Shown here: in pieces, positions 28,577 through 37,018 of the stretch
Layout of the letters: every line of letters begins with the position of its first letter
How positions within the stretch are numbered: position 1 is the first letter of the stretch
Source: a virus
Taxonomy: Duplodnaviria; Caudoviricetes
IMG/VR virus record: IMGVR_UViG_3300009182_000063
Coordinates: 571 to 64,570 of that record
Strand: one strand, 5' to 3'
Length of the DNA stretch: 64,000 nucleotides
The notes under the pieces: model-generated
Database searches by the model: none
Told to the model about the DNA's origin: nothing
Seen by the model: only the letters and a program-made list of their open reading frames with translations
Program-made: the position numbers and the translations under genes

Positions 28577-29653
28577 ATGCATGTACAGCCGATAACATTC
28601 TATAAGACAGCAGCTGTCTCTAGTATACTCAAACCAAAAGATTTAGTAGTCTATCTAAAGACAACTGAAACTTGCCAACTCAACTGCAAACACTGTTTCA
28701 CTAATGGTGTCAACGGCAGAAAAGTTTACTTCAATCCCCAAGCAACAATAGACTGGTTTCACAAACTCCATGCGGAATGTGAAACATTTGGATCAGGCGC
28801 AATTATATTTCATGGTGGAGAACCTTTTCTTGCACCACTTGAAGATATGTATAAAGTTTGGGAAGAAGTATCACCCCTTTGGCCAAATCTTGGTTGGTCA
28901 TGTTCAACGAATCTCTGTTTCGCACTGACAGAGGAACATTTAAAATTCTTCTCAACTGTATTAAAGAATGGTTTCTGCACCAGCTGGGACAAGAACATTC
29001 GTTTTGAAAATGATAAACAAGAAGCACTTTGGAGAAAGAACCTTAGAACTCTTGTTGATCTTGGTCACAATATAACTTTGAACATTAGTCTAAACAAAGA
29101 CTTGATGAAAATGGATACTCTTGAGTTGGTTACTTGGTTAAACACTCTTGGTGTAAACTATGTTCAGTTTGAGCGACTTACCCATGATGGAAGCGCAAAT
29201 ATAAACACTGACATCTTTCCCGAGAATAAAGAGATAGATGATTGGTTTCTTAGAATGCATGAAACTTATCAATCAGTAAAGCCAGAGTACCATGATGTTT
29301 TGTTGGAAGGTGTATATTCCTCTGTCCTAAAAGGTGTTCATGGTGGTGTTCGTTGCAGAGACTGTGAGCAAAAGATCTTTACAATCAATGGCGATGGAAC
29401 AATATCAGGTTGCCCAAATTCCGCTGTTGGTAACAGTTTTGGGGATATTGGGCAGTCTATAAATAGTTTATTAAGTGCTCCAGGAAGAATAAATAATATT
29501 ACATGTGAGGTAGCTCGCGATCCTCGTTGTTACACCTGTAATGTTTTTGACATCTGTAATAGCGACTGTCACCAATTGAGTTGGCAAGGCGATGTTTGTG
29601 CAGCACCAAGAACACTAATGCAAAGGTTAAAACATGACAACAGCTGGAACTAA
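28577..29653 (+). CDS. Radical SAM / SPASM-domain enzyme 1
   Basis: CQLNCKHC (CxxxCxxC), FHGGEP, Cys-rich C-terminus CRDC...GCPN...CYTCNVFDICNSDC...C. Confidence 0.9.
   Translation: MHVQPITFYKTAAVSSILKPKDLVVYLKTTETCQLNCKHCFTNGVNGRKVYFNPQATIDWFHKLHAECETFGSGAIIFHGGEPFLAPLEDMYKVWEEVSPLWPNLGWSCSTNLCFALTEEHLKFFSTVLKNGFCTSWDKNIRFENDKQEALWRKNLRTLVDLGHNITLNISLNKDLMKMDTLELVTWLNTLGVNYVQFERLTHDGSANINTDIFPENKEIDDWFLRMHETYQSVKPEYHDVLLEGVYSSVLKGVHGGVRCRDCEQKIFTINGDGTISGCPNSAVGNSFGDIGQSINSLLSAPGRINNITCEVARDPRCYTCNVFDICNSDCHQLSWQGDVCAAPRTLMQRLKHDNSWN
29458..29465 (+). promoter_or_regulatory. Exact late promoter TATAAATA inside rSAM gene 1, upstream of the CHSN-repeat gene
   Basis: Exact consensus 168 nt upstream of the 29634 ATG; an 8-mer in AT-rich DNA can occur by chance. 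Confidence 0.45.
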
Positions 29654-30152
29654 TATAACAAAGGCAAACATCGTTGCCTCAATGGAAGCAGTTAGAAATA
29701 CCTACAACTCAGGTATTGTTTGGGGTAGCAATGCTCAACCATTTCAATCAGATATTACTGGTGGATCCACTTCTGGATATTCTACTCAATCTTTTGCTGG
29801 TGATATTTCCGACACAAACATAACTGCATCTACAATAACAAATAACTTTAGATCCTATGCTACCCTGCTATCGAGGATTCGTAATGTTCGTTTATTGAAG
29901 TGGTATCAGATTCAAGGCGATGTAAGAAATAGATTAGATTACGATGCCACAAATCTTACAAACTTAAATTCAAATTACCAGTGGAATGCTGATAACAGCG
30001 TTAACTCTGGAGAAACTGTTAATGCTGGAAATCTTGATGCCTTTGTAAACTATCTGTCAGCTAACATTAGTTCATACAGACAAACAACAGTGACAGTTGA
30101 AGAATTCTACTGCCATAGTAACTGCCATAGTAACTGCCACGGAAGTATTTGA
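29634..30152 (+). CDS. 172-aa protein with C-terminal Cys/His repeat (YCHSNCHSNCHGSI); candidate rSAM substrate
   Basis: T/N/S-rich body with no Cys or His until the last 13 residues; overlaps rSAM gene 1; AAGG RBS-like element upstream. Confidence 0.75.
   Translation: MTTAGTNITKANIVASMEAVRNTYNSGIVWGSNAQPFQSDITGGSTSGYSTQSFAGDISDTNITASTITNNFRSYATLLSRIRNVRLLKWYQIQGDVRNRLDYDATNLTNLNSNYQWNADNSVNSGETVNAGNLDAFVNYLSANISSYRQTTVTVEEFYCHSNCHSNCHGSI
30109..30140 (+). repeat. 12-bp tandem repeat ACTGCCATAGTA x2.6 encoding the CHSN units
   Basis: ACTGCCATAGTA ACTGCCATAGTA ACTGCCAC. Confidence 0.9.
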
Positions 30153-30913
30153 TGTATACTGTACCATTTGATTCTGATACTTTGAAGAAAATTATAGTTG
30201 GAGAAATAACTTCTCCTGATATTGATTATGTTCAATCAAAGATCAAGGGTAAAAACTTCATAACATATCTCAGCAATCTCAAGTATGAGAATCTTAATAT
30301 CGATTTCTCAGATGTATCGCTTGATGAAAGAATAGAATTAGTTTCTGAGTATATTAGACACAATTCAACTTGTCACATTGAGCAGTTGGAAGCAACAGTT
30401 ATTAAAGCACTGTTTCACTACAGAGGATATGAGTTATCTCTGGTTGACCAATCAGAAGATGACAAACCATTTTTACACAAGTCTATATTATCGAATGATG
30501 AAATACAAGAGTTCGTTAAGATTGATATCAAATTAATTAAACAACTTGCAGATTTACTTGATGGTGTTCTTTTGTATGCAATTAAAAATCTAAACGATTA
30601 CAAAGAAGAACTTGGCGATTTTGTAACGACCAATGTTATTGTAGAGAAACAAGAAGTTGGAAAAACTTTTGTAAACTTCTTTGATAATCCAACATTTAAT
30701 TGTCACTACTATGGAGCGATCCCTAAATTTGATGACATCAAGTATTTTGACCATTACTTTGACAGACCAATTTACTCTGGTAGAACATTGATTAGTTACA
30801 TAACAGTACCACAGTGTGTTATATTTCCACTATTGAAAATGATTATAGATGTAAAATTTACACCTGAACAATTAAACTCAATATTCAAAGAAGCCGATGC
30901 TACACTTATTTAA
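30152..30913 (+). CDS. Hypothetical protein of the rSAM island (253 aa)
   Basis: ATG overlaps the TGA of the CHSN gene; no motif recognised. Confidence 0.75.
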   Translation: MYTVPFDSDTLKKIIVGEITSPDIDYVQSKIKGKNFITYLSNLKYENLNIDFSDVSLDERIELVSEYIRHNSTCHIEQLEATVIKALFHYRGYELSLVDQSEDDKPFLHKSILSNDEIQEFVKIDIKLIKQLADLLDGVLLYAIKNLNDYKEELGDFVTTNVIVEKQEVGKTFVNFFDNPTFNCHYYGAIPKFDDIKYFDHYFDRPIYSGRTLISYITVPQCVIFPLLKMIIDVKFTPEQLNSIFKEADATLI

Positions 30914-31763
30914 TTCTTGCTATGTATATCCGTACATATTGTTTGATCCAACAAATAATTATTTGGTGGTAGGTGAAGACCATCTGAATCATCAGATAAT
31001 TTCAAATAGTTTTTTCTACAATAATTCTACACCAAGAGAACCTTTTGCCAGATTAGATTCTTTTGAAACCTTTGCTGGATGTAACTTGCTAGATGCAACT
31101 GTCAACAACAAAGATAGATTTTTGATTTATACCGATGATGATAATTTCATTAAATTCTTCACGGCAAAAATGAAAACTCAAGTGGCAAACTTGAGCGAAG
31201 ACTTCTTTCTTACAACGGCAAAGTTGTTTGCAGTTAAATTAAAAACAAGGGCAAAGTTACTTGCAACTGATGACGCAAAACTAGAATTAAATAATCTTGC
31301 CGATAAATTCTTGGCACTAACTTCAATACCAGAAGTTGATGCTTTCTCACTCACACGTGCATGGGTCACTGCCAATGCTGGTATTGAGTGGAAATTTGCC
31401 AATGGTATTCTTGATAATATTCATGACATTGTTAATCGTAATGTGTACTCGTACTTTGATGAAGCAAAGGCACTTTATCTTTCCAGAAAACAAGGTGGCT
31501 GGGCTCTTGAAGAAACCAATCAGAAATATAAAACTTGTGCATCTATTGAAGATCTTTATTCGCAGATGCGTAAAGAGATTATGATATTCACGGATTCTCT
31601 AATTTTACAGTACTACTACGATAGAGAAATGTTTAAGGATCCAAAGTTCTTACTACTACTTGCATCCAATAAAGACATGGGTGATAAGATTGACCTTTGG
31701 TTGATTAGATGGTTTATGAAAATGTCTCAAGAACAAATTAAAGAATTGGACATAGTAGCATGA
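30897..31763 (+). CDS. Hypothetical protein of the rSAM island (288 aa)
   Basis: Overlapping operon gene; N-terminus MLHLFNSCY and IYTDDDNF resemble the next gene. Confidence 0.75.
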   Translation: MLHLFNSCYVYPYILFDPTNNYLVVGEDHLNHQIISNSFFYNNSTPREPFARLDSFETFAGCNLLDATVNNKDRFLIYTDDDNFIKFFTAKMKTQVANLSEDFFLTTAKLFAVKLKTRAKLLATDDAKLELNNLADKFLALTSIPEVDAFSLTRAWVTANAGIEWKFANGILDNIHDIVNRNVYSYFDEAKALYLSRKQGGWALEETNQKYKTCASIEDLYSQMRKEIMIFTDSLILQYYYDREMFKDPKFLLLLASNKDMGDKIDLWLIRWFMKMSQEQIKELDIVA

Positions 31764-32713
31764 TATATCTTTTCGATAACTGTTATCTGTCAACAAAAAA
31801 CATAATAGTTGAAACTGCCAAGCAAGTATGGATCGGTTCTTTTGAGAATTTTGATGAGAAGTCTCTTGACATTTACAAAACATATACCGATATTACTCCA
31901 AAGAAATTAGACGACTTGTTTGCAGATATTCATAAGAATTTCTCAGATAAGAAAACTATTATATACTGTGATGTTGATTATTTCCAGTATGTATATTCTA
32001 TTTTCTTCAATGGTATTTTCAGTAAGGCAACTGTTCTTGAGTTGTATCAATACGATGCTCTCAAGGAAAACTATGGTCTTGCCGATACATATGGTCTGGT
32101 TGTAACTGGGCTCAGAGATATTAATCGTGTTACTTTGCCAGAAGAATTAAATTGGACCAGTGGTTCTTCAAAGTTCTCTGCTGATCTTGATACTCAAAGA
32201 GTTGAGATAGCATTTGCCAATGCGATTCAAGGTAACAAAAAGTCTTTGGCATTTTGTGTTGACAGAATTGATCAAATGTATGATGGCACTCCAGGATTCT
32301 GGTCTAAGTTTGCAGAGCAAACTCTCCCTGGAATTATGTCCGATGAAGAATATACTATCGAGCATTTATTGGACACCGAGTATATGGAAACATACCTTGA
32401 TCAATTTAAGGTAAACGAGTTCCTTCCAAACAAGATTGTTCCAATCATCAATGATAAGTTTGGATATGATTATCATAAGCATTTCTTCACTGTTTTAAAT
32501 AATGATGAAAACTATGAGGAATTCTTAAAACCTATACTAAAGATGAGCAAGAAACAGTTTATCGAGAAACGAATCCTAGATCCAAAGATTGCGGTAAATT
32601 ACAACTTCATCTTTCCAAACATTTCCAACTTTGATTCTGTGAATCCAATTTTCTGGAATGCGATATTAAAGAACCAAGACAATATAGAATGGCTCAAAAA
32701 GTATAAAGTGTAA
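31760..32713 (+). CDS. Hypothetical protein of the rSAM island (317 aa), probable distant paralogue of the preceding gene
   Basis: ATGA overlap; MIYLFDNCY and IYCDVDYF. Confidence 0.75.
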   Translation: MIYLFDNCYLSTKNIIVETAKQVWIGSFENFDEKSLDIYKTYTDITPKKLDDLFADIHKNFSDKKTIIYCDVDYFQYVYSIFFNGIFSKATVLELYQYDALKENYGLADTYGLVVTGLRDINRVTLPEELNWTSGSSKFSADLDTQRVEIAFANAIQGNKKSLAFCVDRIDQMYDGTPGFWSKFAEQTLPGIMSDEEYTIEHLLDTEYMETYLDQFKVNEFLPNKIVPIINDKFGYDYHKHFFTVLNNDENYEEFLKPILKMSKKQFIEKRILDPKIAVNYNFIFPNISNFDSVNPIFWNAILKNQDNIEWLKKYKV

Positions 32714-33765
32714 TGGAATTAATAATTAAACCAACTGAACTTTGTAATTTTAAATGTACCTTTTGCTCATCAACTAAACTTGTAGAAGATAGTGCCAGCA
32801 CTCTTGACTTACAGCATGTTTTTGATTTTCTAAAGAGATTTCCAAATACAAATACAATAATTGTCAATGGTGGAGATCCACTAATGATGAAACCAGAGTA
32901 TTACTTTAATATTCTTGCGTACATTGAAGAACACAAACTCCCAACAACTCTTGGATTCACAACTAACCTTTGGGCATTCTACAAGAAACCAGAGATGTGG
33001 ACTCCGCTGTTTAGACACCCAAGAGTTGGTGTTACTACAAGTTTTCAGTATGGGTTCGGTCGCAAGATTAATGAAAACAGAGTTTATACTGAAGCCGACT
33101 TTTGGAAAGTCAGTGATTTGTTTCTCAAAGAAGTTGGTTATCGTCCAGGGTTTATTGCTGTTATCTCTGAAGAGAATGAACATCATGCAATTAAACATGT
33201 TGAACTTGCCAAGAAAATGGATGTTCAGTGTAAGTTAAACTATGCCATGGCTTCTGGCGAACAGGATAAACCATATCGCCTAAGTAAGATATATGAAGCA
33301 TACCTAGAAGTGTATGAGAGAGACCTTTGGCACTGGGAATTTAACACAAAGCAGATGATGAGTCGTTTGAATAACATTGCCAATGTTTGTCCTCAAGCAA
33401 GAAACTGCGATGATCATATAAGAGCATTGAACCCAGAGGGAGATTACTACTCCTGTGGTTCTATGGGTGATGACAGAGAATATCCAATTAACTTTGTAAA
33501 GGAAGTTAAAGAAGGTGGTTTCTCTACTCCACTTCAAGATGCTCCAGAATTATATTCGCTGAAAGATGAGTGTATTGGTTGCCCAATGTTTGCGATTTGT
33601 AATGGGTGTAAGAAAACAATTAAAGATTTAAAGAAACATGATATGGTTGAAGAGCACTGCTCACATATGAAGCAGTTGGCTCCAAGAATTATTAAGATAA
33701 ACAGTGAAATAGATTATGTCGAAGCAACTCAAAGAATCCATCAAATTCTCGTTCCTGAATATTGA
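32713..33765 (+). CDS. Radical SAM / SPASM-domain enzyme 2
   Basis: IKPTELCNFKCTFC, NGGDPL, C-terminal CPQARNC...YSCG...CIGCPMFAICNGC...C. Confidence 0.9.
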   Translation: MELIIKPTELCNFKCTFCSSTKLVEDSASTLDLQHVFDFLKRFPNTNTIIVNGGDPLMMKPEYYFNILAYIEEHKLPTTLGFTTNLWAFYKKPEMWTPLFRHPRVGVTTSFQYGFGRKINENRVYTEADFWKVSDLFLKEVGYRPGFIAVISEENEHHAIKHVELAKKMDVQCKLNYAMASGEQDKPYRLSKIYEAYLEVYERDLWHWEFNTKQMMSRLNNIANVCPQARNCDDHIRALNPEGDYYSCGSMGDDREYPINFVKEVKEGGFSTPLQDAPELYSLKDECIGCPMFAICNGCKKTIKDLKKHDMVEEHCSHMKQLAPRIIKINSEIDYVEATQRIHQILVPEY

Positions 33766-35608
33766 TCTTCGTGTACCGATTCAAAGGTTACCAATTAATT
33801 GGTTGAACTTTAAGAATTACTACACGAAACATGGTAAATATTCAGACCGAGTAGTTTGGCAGAAACCAATTCTCAATCTAGAAGGTTGGACATTTGAACA
33901 GATTGTGACTTACTATGACGAGCAGGATTCTGACATCTATGCTTTCTCTAGTTATCTCTGGAGTCACATGGCTATTATGGCAGTTGCTCAAGAATTAAAA
34001 AAGCGTAATCCAAACAGAATTATTTTACTTGGTGGTCCACATCTTAATATTACTCATAATAATCTAGGATGGTTCATTAAGAATAAGTTTATCGATGCGA
34101 TTTGCGAACCTACAAGTTATGGTGAGTGGTTCATTACTGATATTTTGAATCAGTTTGTAGAGGGTGATATAAACTACAAAGAAGTTTCCTTTGCGATCTA
34201 TAAAAGTGGACGTGGCACAAGTCCTAATAAGATTGGGTTTGACTTTCCTGCAAGTTTAATTGCTGGCAATGAAGATATACTGTTTGAGTGCAAGAACATA
34301 GCACTTGACAGAAATGTACCTTTGGTTTTACCAATTGAGTTAACTCGTGGTTGTCCCTATGAGTGTGTCTTTTGCGAGTGGGGTGGTGGTATTGGTGGTA
34401 AGGTTATTCGTAAACCACTAGATATGATCAAGGAAGATCTAGACTGGATACCGCAGATCGGTATTGAGCAAGTTCAAATTCTTGATGCAAATTACGGAAT
34501 ATATCTGGAAGATGAGGATGTTTCCAAATATATAGAAACGATCAAAGATTATTCAGGTTTACCAAACCATGTAGAGATATATGGAATGACAAAGTCCAAG
34601 CAAGAAAGACGCTGGGCAACCATTGAACCACTGGCACGAGCAAAGGTAGTTGAGCGATACAAGTTAAGTTTACAAACACTGAACAATGAAGTGTTAAAGA
34701 ATATTAAACGAACAGATATTCCTCGCGAAAAAGACTTTGAGTTTGCTCAGTATCTGTTTGATACCTATGGTATTCGTTCTGACTTTGAATTTATGATGGG
34801 ACTGCCTGGATATACCAGACAAGACTTCTATGATGAAGTAGATATACAGTACGAGTATGGTTATAACCTTGAGAGATATCTTTGGTTATTCCTACCAGAC
34901 TCACCTGCCTACTCACCTGACTATATCAAAGAACATAATATTAAAACTGAAAAGATATGTATCGGTAAGTCAAGAATGAATAGTTATGCTTTTGATGACG
35001 TAAATCTTTTCGGTGATTATCATATTTCCTCTGATCCAGCTTTTACCTCAGATGTTGAGTTTGTTGTTGAAGCCAATGGGTTTACAAGAAAAGACTTTAC
35101 TGAGTTCTTTTTTATGAATTACTGGATCGTGAACAATATTGTTGAAGTTACCTTTACCGATGATATTATAAAGCATAATGTAAATACTGGTAAACTTAAA
35201 ACTCCATCTTTGGTGTTTAAGAAAATCTACGAAAAGATAAGTGAGCCAACAGAAAATAAATATGTGTTGGCAATGCAAGACTTAAATGCTCAGATGTATG
35301 ATTTAATTGCTGGAAACAGAAAAGAAGTTGCAGACTACAAAGAATTTAATCTACCTAATACAACAGTATCAGTGGATTTTAAATATATTTACAAGTCTTG
35401 TATATATGTTTTTGAACAGGAATATATTGATTTTCTTTGTTCAGTCGGTGAGGAGTTGGGACTTGAGATTCCAAACGATATCGTTGAACAATTTACAACT
35501 GTTCTAAATAAGTACAGAGAATCTATTTCTCCAAAGTATGATAAGACCTATCAGATAAGAACCTACTACGAAAATTTTATTAATGAGAAATATACAACAG
35601 TTACTTGA
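33716..35608 (+). CDS. Cobalamin-binding (class B-type) radical SAM enzyme
   Basis: N-terminal B12-binding-like region (FSSYLWS, ILLGGPH), ELTRGCPYECVFCEWG, DANYG, LKNIKR, FMMGLPG. Confidence 0.82.
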   Translation: MSKQLKESIKFSFLNIDLRVPIQRLPINWLNFKNYYTKHGKYSDRVVWQKPILNLEGWTFEQIVTYYDEQDSDIYAFSSYLWSHMAIMAVAQELKKRNPNRIILLGGPHLNITHNNLGWFIKNKFIDAICEPTSYGEWFITDILNQFVEGDINYKEVSFAIYKSGRGTSPNKIGFDFPASLIAGNEDILFECKNIALDRNVPLVLPIELTRGCPYECVFCEWGGGIGGKVIRKPLDMIKEDLDWIPQIGIEQVQILDANYGIYLEDEDVSKYIETIKDYSGLPNHVEIYGMTKSKQERRWATIEPLARAKVVERYKLSLQTLNNEVLKNIKRTDIPREKDFEFAQYLFDTYGIRSDFEFMMGLPGYTRQDFYDEVDIQYEYGYNLERYLWLFLPDSPAYSPDYIKEHNIKTEKICIGKSRMNSYAFDDVNLFGDYHISSDPAFTSDVEFVVEANGFTRKDFTEFFFMNYWIVNNIVEVTFTDDIIKHNVNTGKLKTPSLVFKKIYEKISEPTENKYVLAMQDLNAQMYDLIAGNRKEVADYKEFNLPNTTVSVDFKYIYKSCIYVFEQEYIDFLCSVGEELGLEIPNDIVEQFTTVLNKYRESISPKYDKTYQIRTYYENFINEKYTTVT

Positions 35609-36296
35609 ACACGTAAATAGAATTCCCCATCTGCCATTAAATTTTAACTATGACGCAGAAAGAATTGAACGTGAAGTTCGTGAGTGTCCCTTTCCGCTTA
35701 TGCCCTATGAAGCAACCATGCAAGAAAATCATGGACATGAAAAGAGTAAGTGGAACAACTTGTCACTGTTCAGCTACAATGGTGAAATCTTTTGCGATCG
35801 TTTAGAAGGTGCTGGTCCAGGAGAACTAGAAAGAATTTGGGGCAAAGTTCAACAGACTGGATTGTCTGAGTATATGCCCTATACCTATGAGGTTCTTGAA
35901 CACCTTGGTGGTGGTAAAGCACTGGCAAGGATTGAAGAAATACTTCCTGGAACTGTGATGGGTTGGCATAATCATGTGTTTGAATTGTTTCATCCAGAAA
36001 CAATGATGATTGTTCAGTTGCCCATAACTATACCTCAAAAATTTAAATACTCTGTGATGGCAAACAAAGATTACAGAGGAATGGACTTTGGACTTTATAC
36101 ACCAAAGGTATATGAGTCTACTTACAATCCAGGAACACCAGTTATTTTTAATGCGTATCACTATCATAATGTGTTTAACTTTGACAAAACAGGTGTTCGT
36201 TTAACGATTCGTTTCTTTGCTGATTTAAGAGATGATAGAGTATATGATTTAGTACAGGATGCAGTGAATAATTATAAGGGAGATTACATTGAATAA
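35583..36296 (+). CDS. Asp/Asn beta-hydroxylase-like cupin oxygenase 1
   Basis: WNNLSL, ARIEEILPG..MGWHNH, VIFNAYHYHNVFN...RLTI. Confidence 0.65.
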   Translation: MRNIQQLLEHVNRIPHLPLNFNYDAERIEREVRECPFPLMPYEATMQENHGHEKSKWNNLSLFSYNGEIFCDRLEGAGPGELERIWGKVQQTGLSEYMPYTYEVLEHLGGGKALARIEEILPGTVMGWHNHVFELFHPETMMIVQLPITIPQKFKYSVMANKDYRGMDFGLYTPKVYESTYNPGTPVIFNAYHYHNVFNFDKTGVRLTIRFFADLRDDRVYDLVQDAVNNYKGDYIE

Positions 36297-36987
36297 TATT
36301 GCACATCTTCCTCTTGGTATAGATTTTGATCATAAAAAAATTCTAACAGAGATAGAGAATTTACCTCATTCGCTACGCAAATATCGTAGTGCACTATCAA
36401 ATGGTAAAACCATGGAAATTCATGATGAGGAAAGATGGGATTCGTTGGCACTTTATAGCATTGACGGAAAATCTGAATCTAATCCTGCAGAACCATGGAC
36501 AGGGGACTTTATTAAAACTGAAGCACTTTATATGTGTCCTTACTTGGACAGTGTTTTACACTCTGTCGGTGGTGGTAAATTACTTGGAAGAATTGAGATA
36601 TTTAACAAGAATGGATCTGCTGGCTGGCACAGTCATGTTATGGAAGCGGGACAACCAGAGTGGATCTCTGTTTGGAATCTTCCACTTATTATGCCCAAGG
36701 AATCTAAGTTTAGTGTGCTTTCCTACATGGATTACAGAGGTTCAGATTACAACAAACCGATTAAAATATATGAGCAGTGGTATGAACCTGGAAAGATGTA
36801 CTGTTTAAACAGTTATCACTATCATAATGCCTTTAATTATGGTGATATGTCAATGATTATGATTCGATTCTATGTTGATACAAGAGACGAAAAAGTTAAA
36901 GAAATATTACAAAAAGCCATGGATAACTACACTGGAGAGTACATTCAGTCTTATGAAGAGTATATAATCTCCACTGCAGTTACCTAA
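36289..36987 (+). CDS. Asp/Asn beta-hydroxylase-like cupin oxygenase 2 (TTG start, paralogue of the preceding gene)
   Basis: AGGGAG RBS before TTG; HLPL..D..I, GGGK.L.RIE, GWHSH, DYRG.D, NSYHYHNAFN, IRF..D.RD all shared with oxygenase 1. Confidence 0.65.
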   Translation: MNNIAHLPLGIDFDHKKILTEIENLPHSLRKYRSALSNGKTMEIHDEERWDSLALYSIDGKSESNPAEPWTGDFIKTEALYMCPYLDSVLHSVGGGKLLGRIEIFNKNGSAGWHSHVMEAGQPEWISVWNLPLIMPKESKFSVLSYMDYRGSDYNKPIKIYEQWYEPGKMYCLNSYHYHNAFNYGDMSMIMIRFYVDTRDEKVKEILQKAMDNYTGEYIQSYEEYIISTAVT

Positions 36988-36997
36988 ATAATAAATA
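36984..36997 (+). promoter_or_regulatory. Late-promoter-like CTAAATA/ATAAATA elements at the right border of the rSAM island
   Basis: CTAAATAATAAATA immediately before the resumed structural genes. Confidence 0.55.
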
Positions 36998-37018
36998 TAG
37001 CTGATAATAGGAACGTAA

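Noticed and set aside
28567-28605. ATG TTT TTT GAT overlapping the fibre stop codon as a +1 frameshift entry into rSAM gene 1
   Set aside because: An in-frame ATG at 28577 explains initiation; the 12-codon frame has no other support.
30111-30140. CHSNCH as a c-type haem attachment motif
   Set aside because: Spacing is Cx3CH rather than canonical CxxCH, the motifs overlap, and there is no signal peptide or cytochrome c maturation gene.
28577-35608. rSAM genes as DNA-modification (7-deazaguanine) or anaerobic RNR activase genes
   Set aside because: SPASM-type Cys clusters and a B12-type domain do not fit QueE or NrdG, and no folE, queC, queD, dpdA or nrdD neighbours are present.
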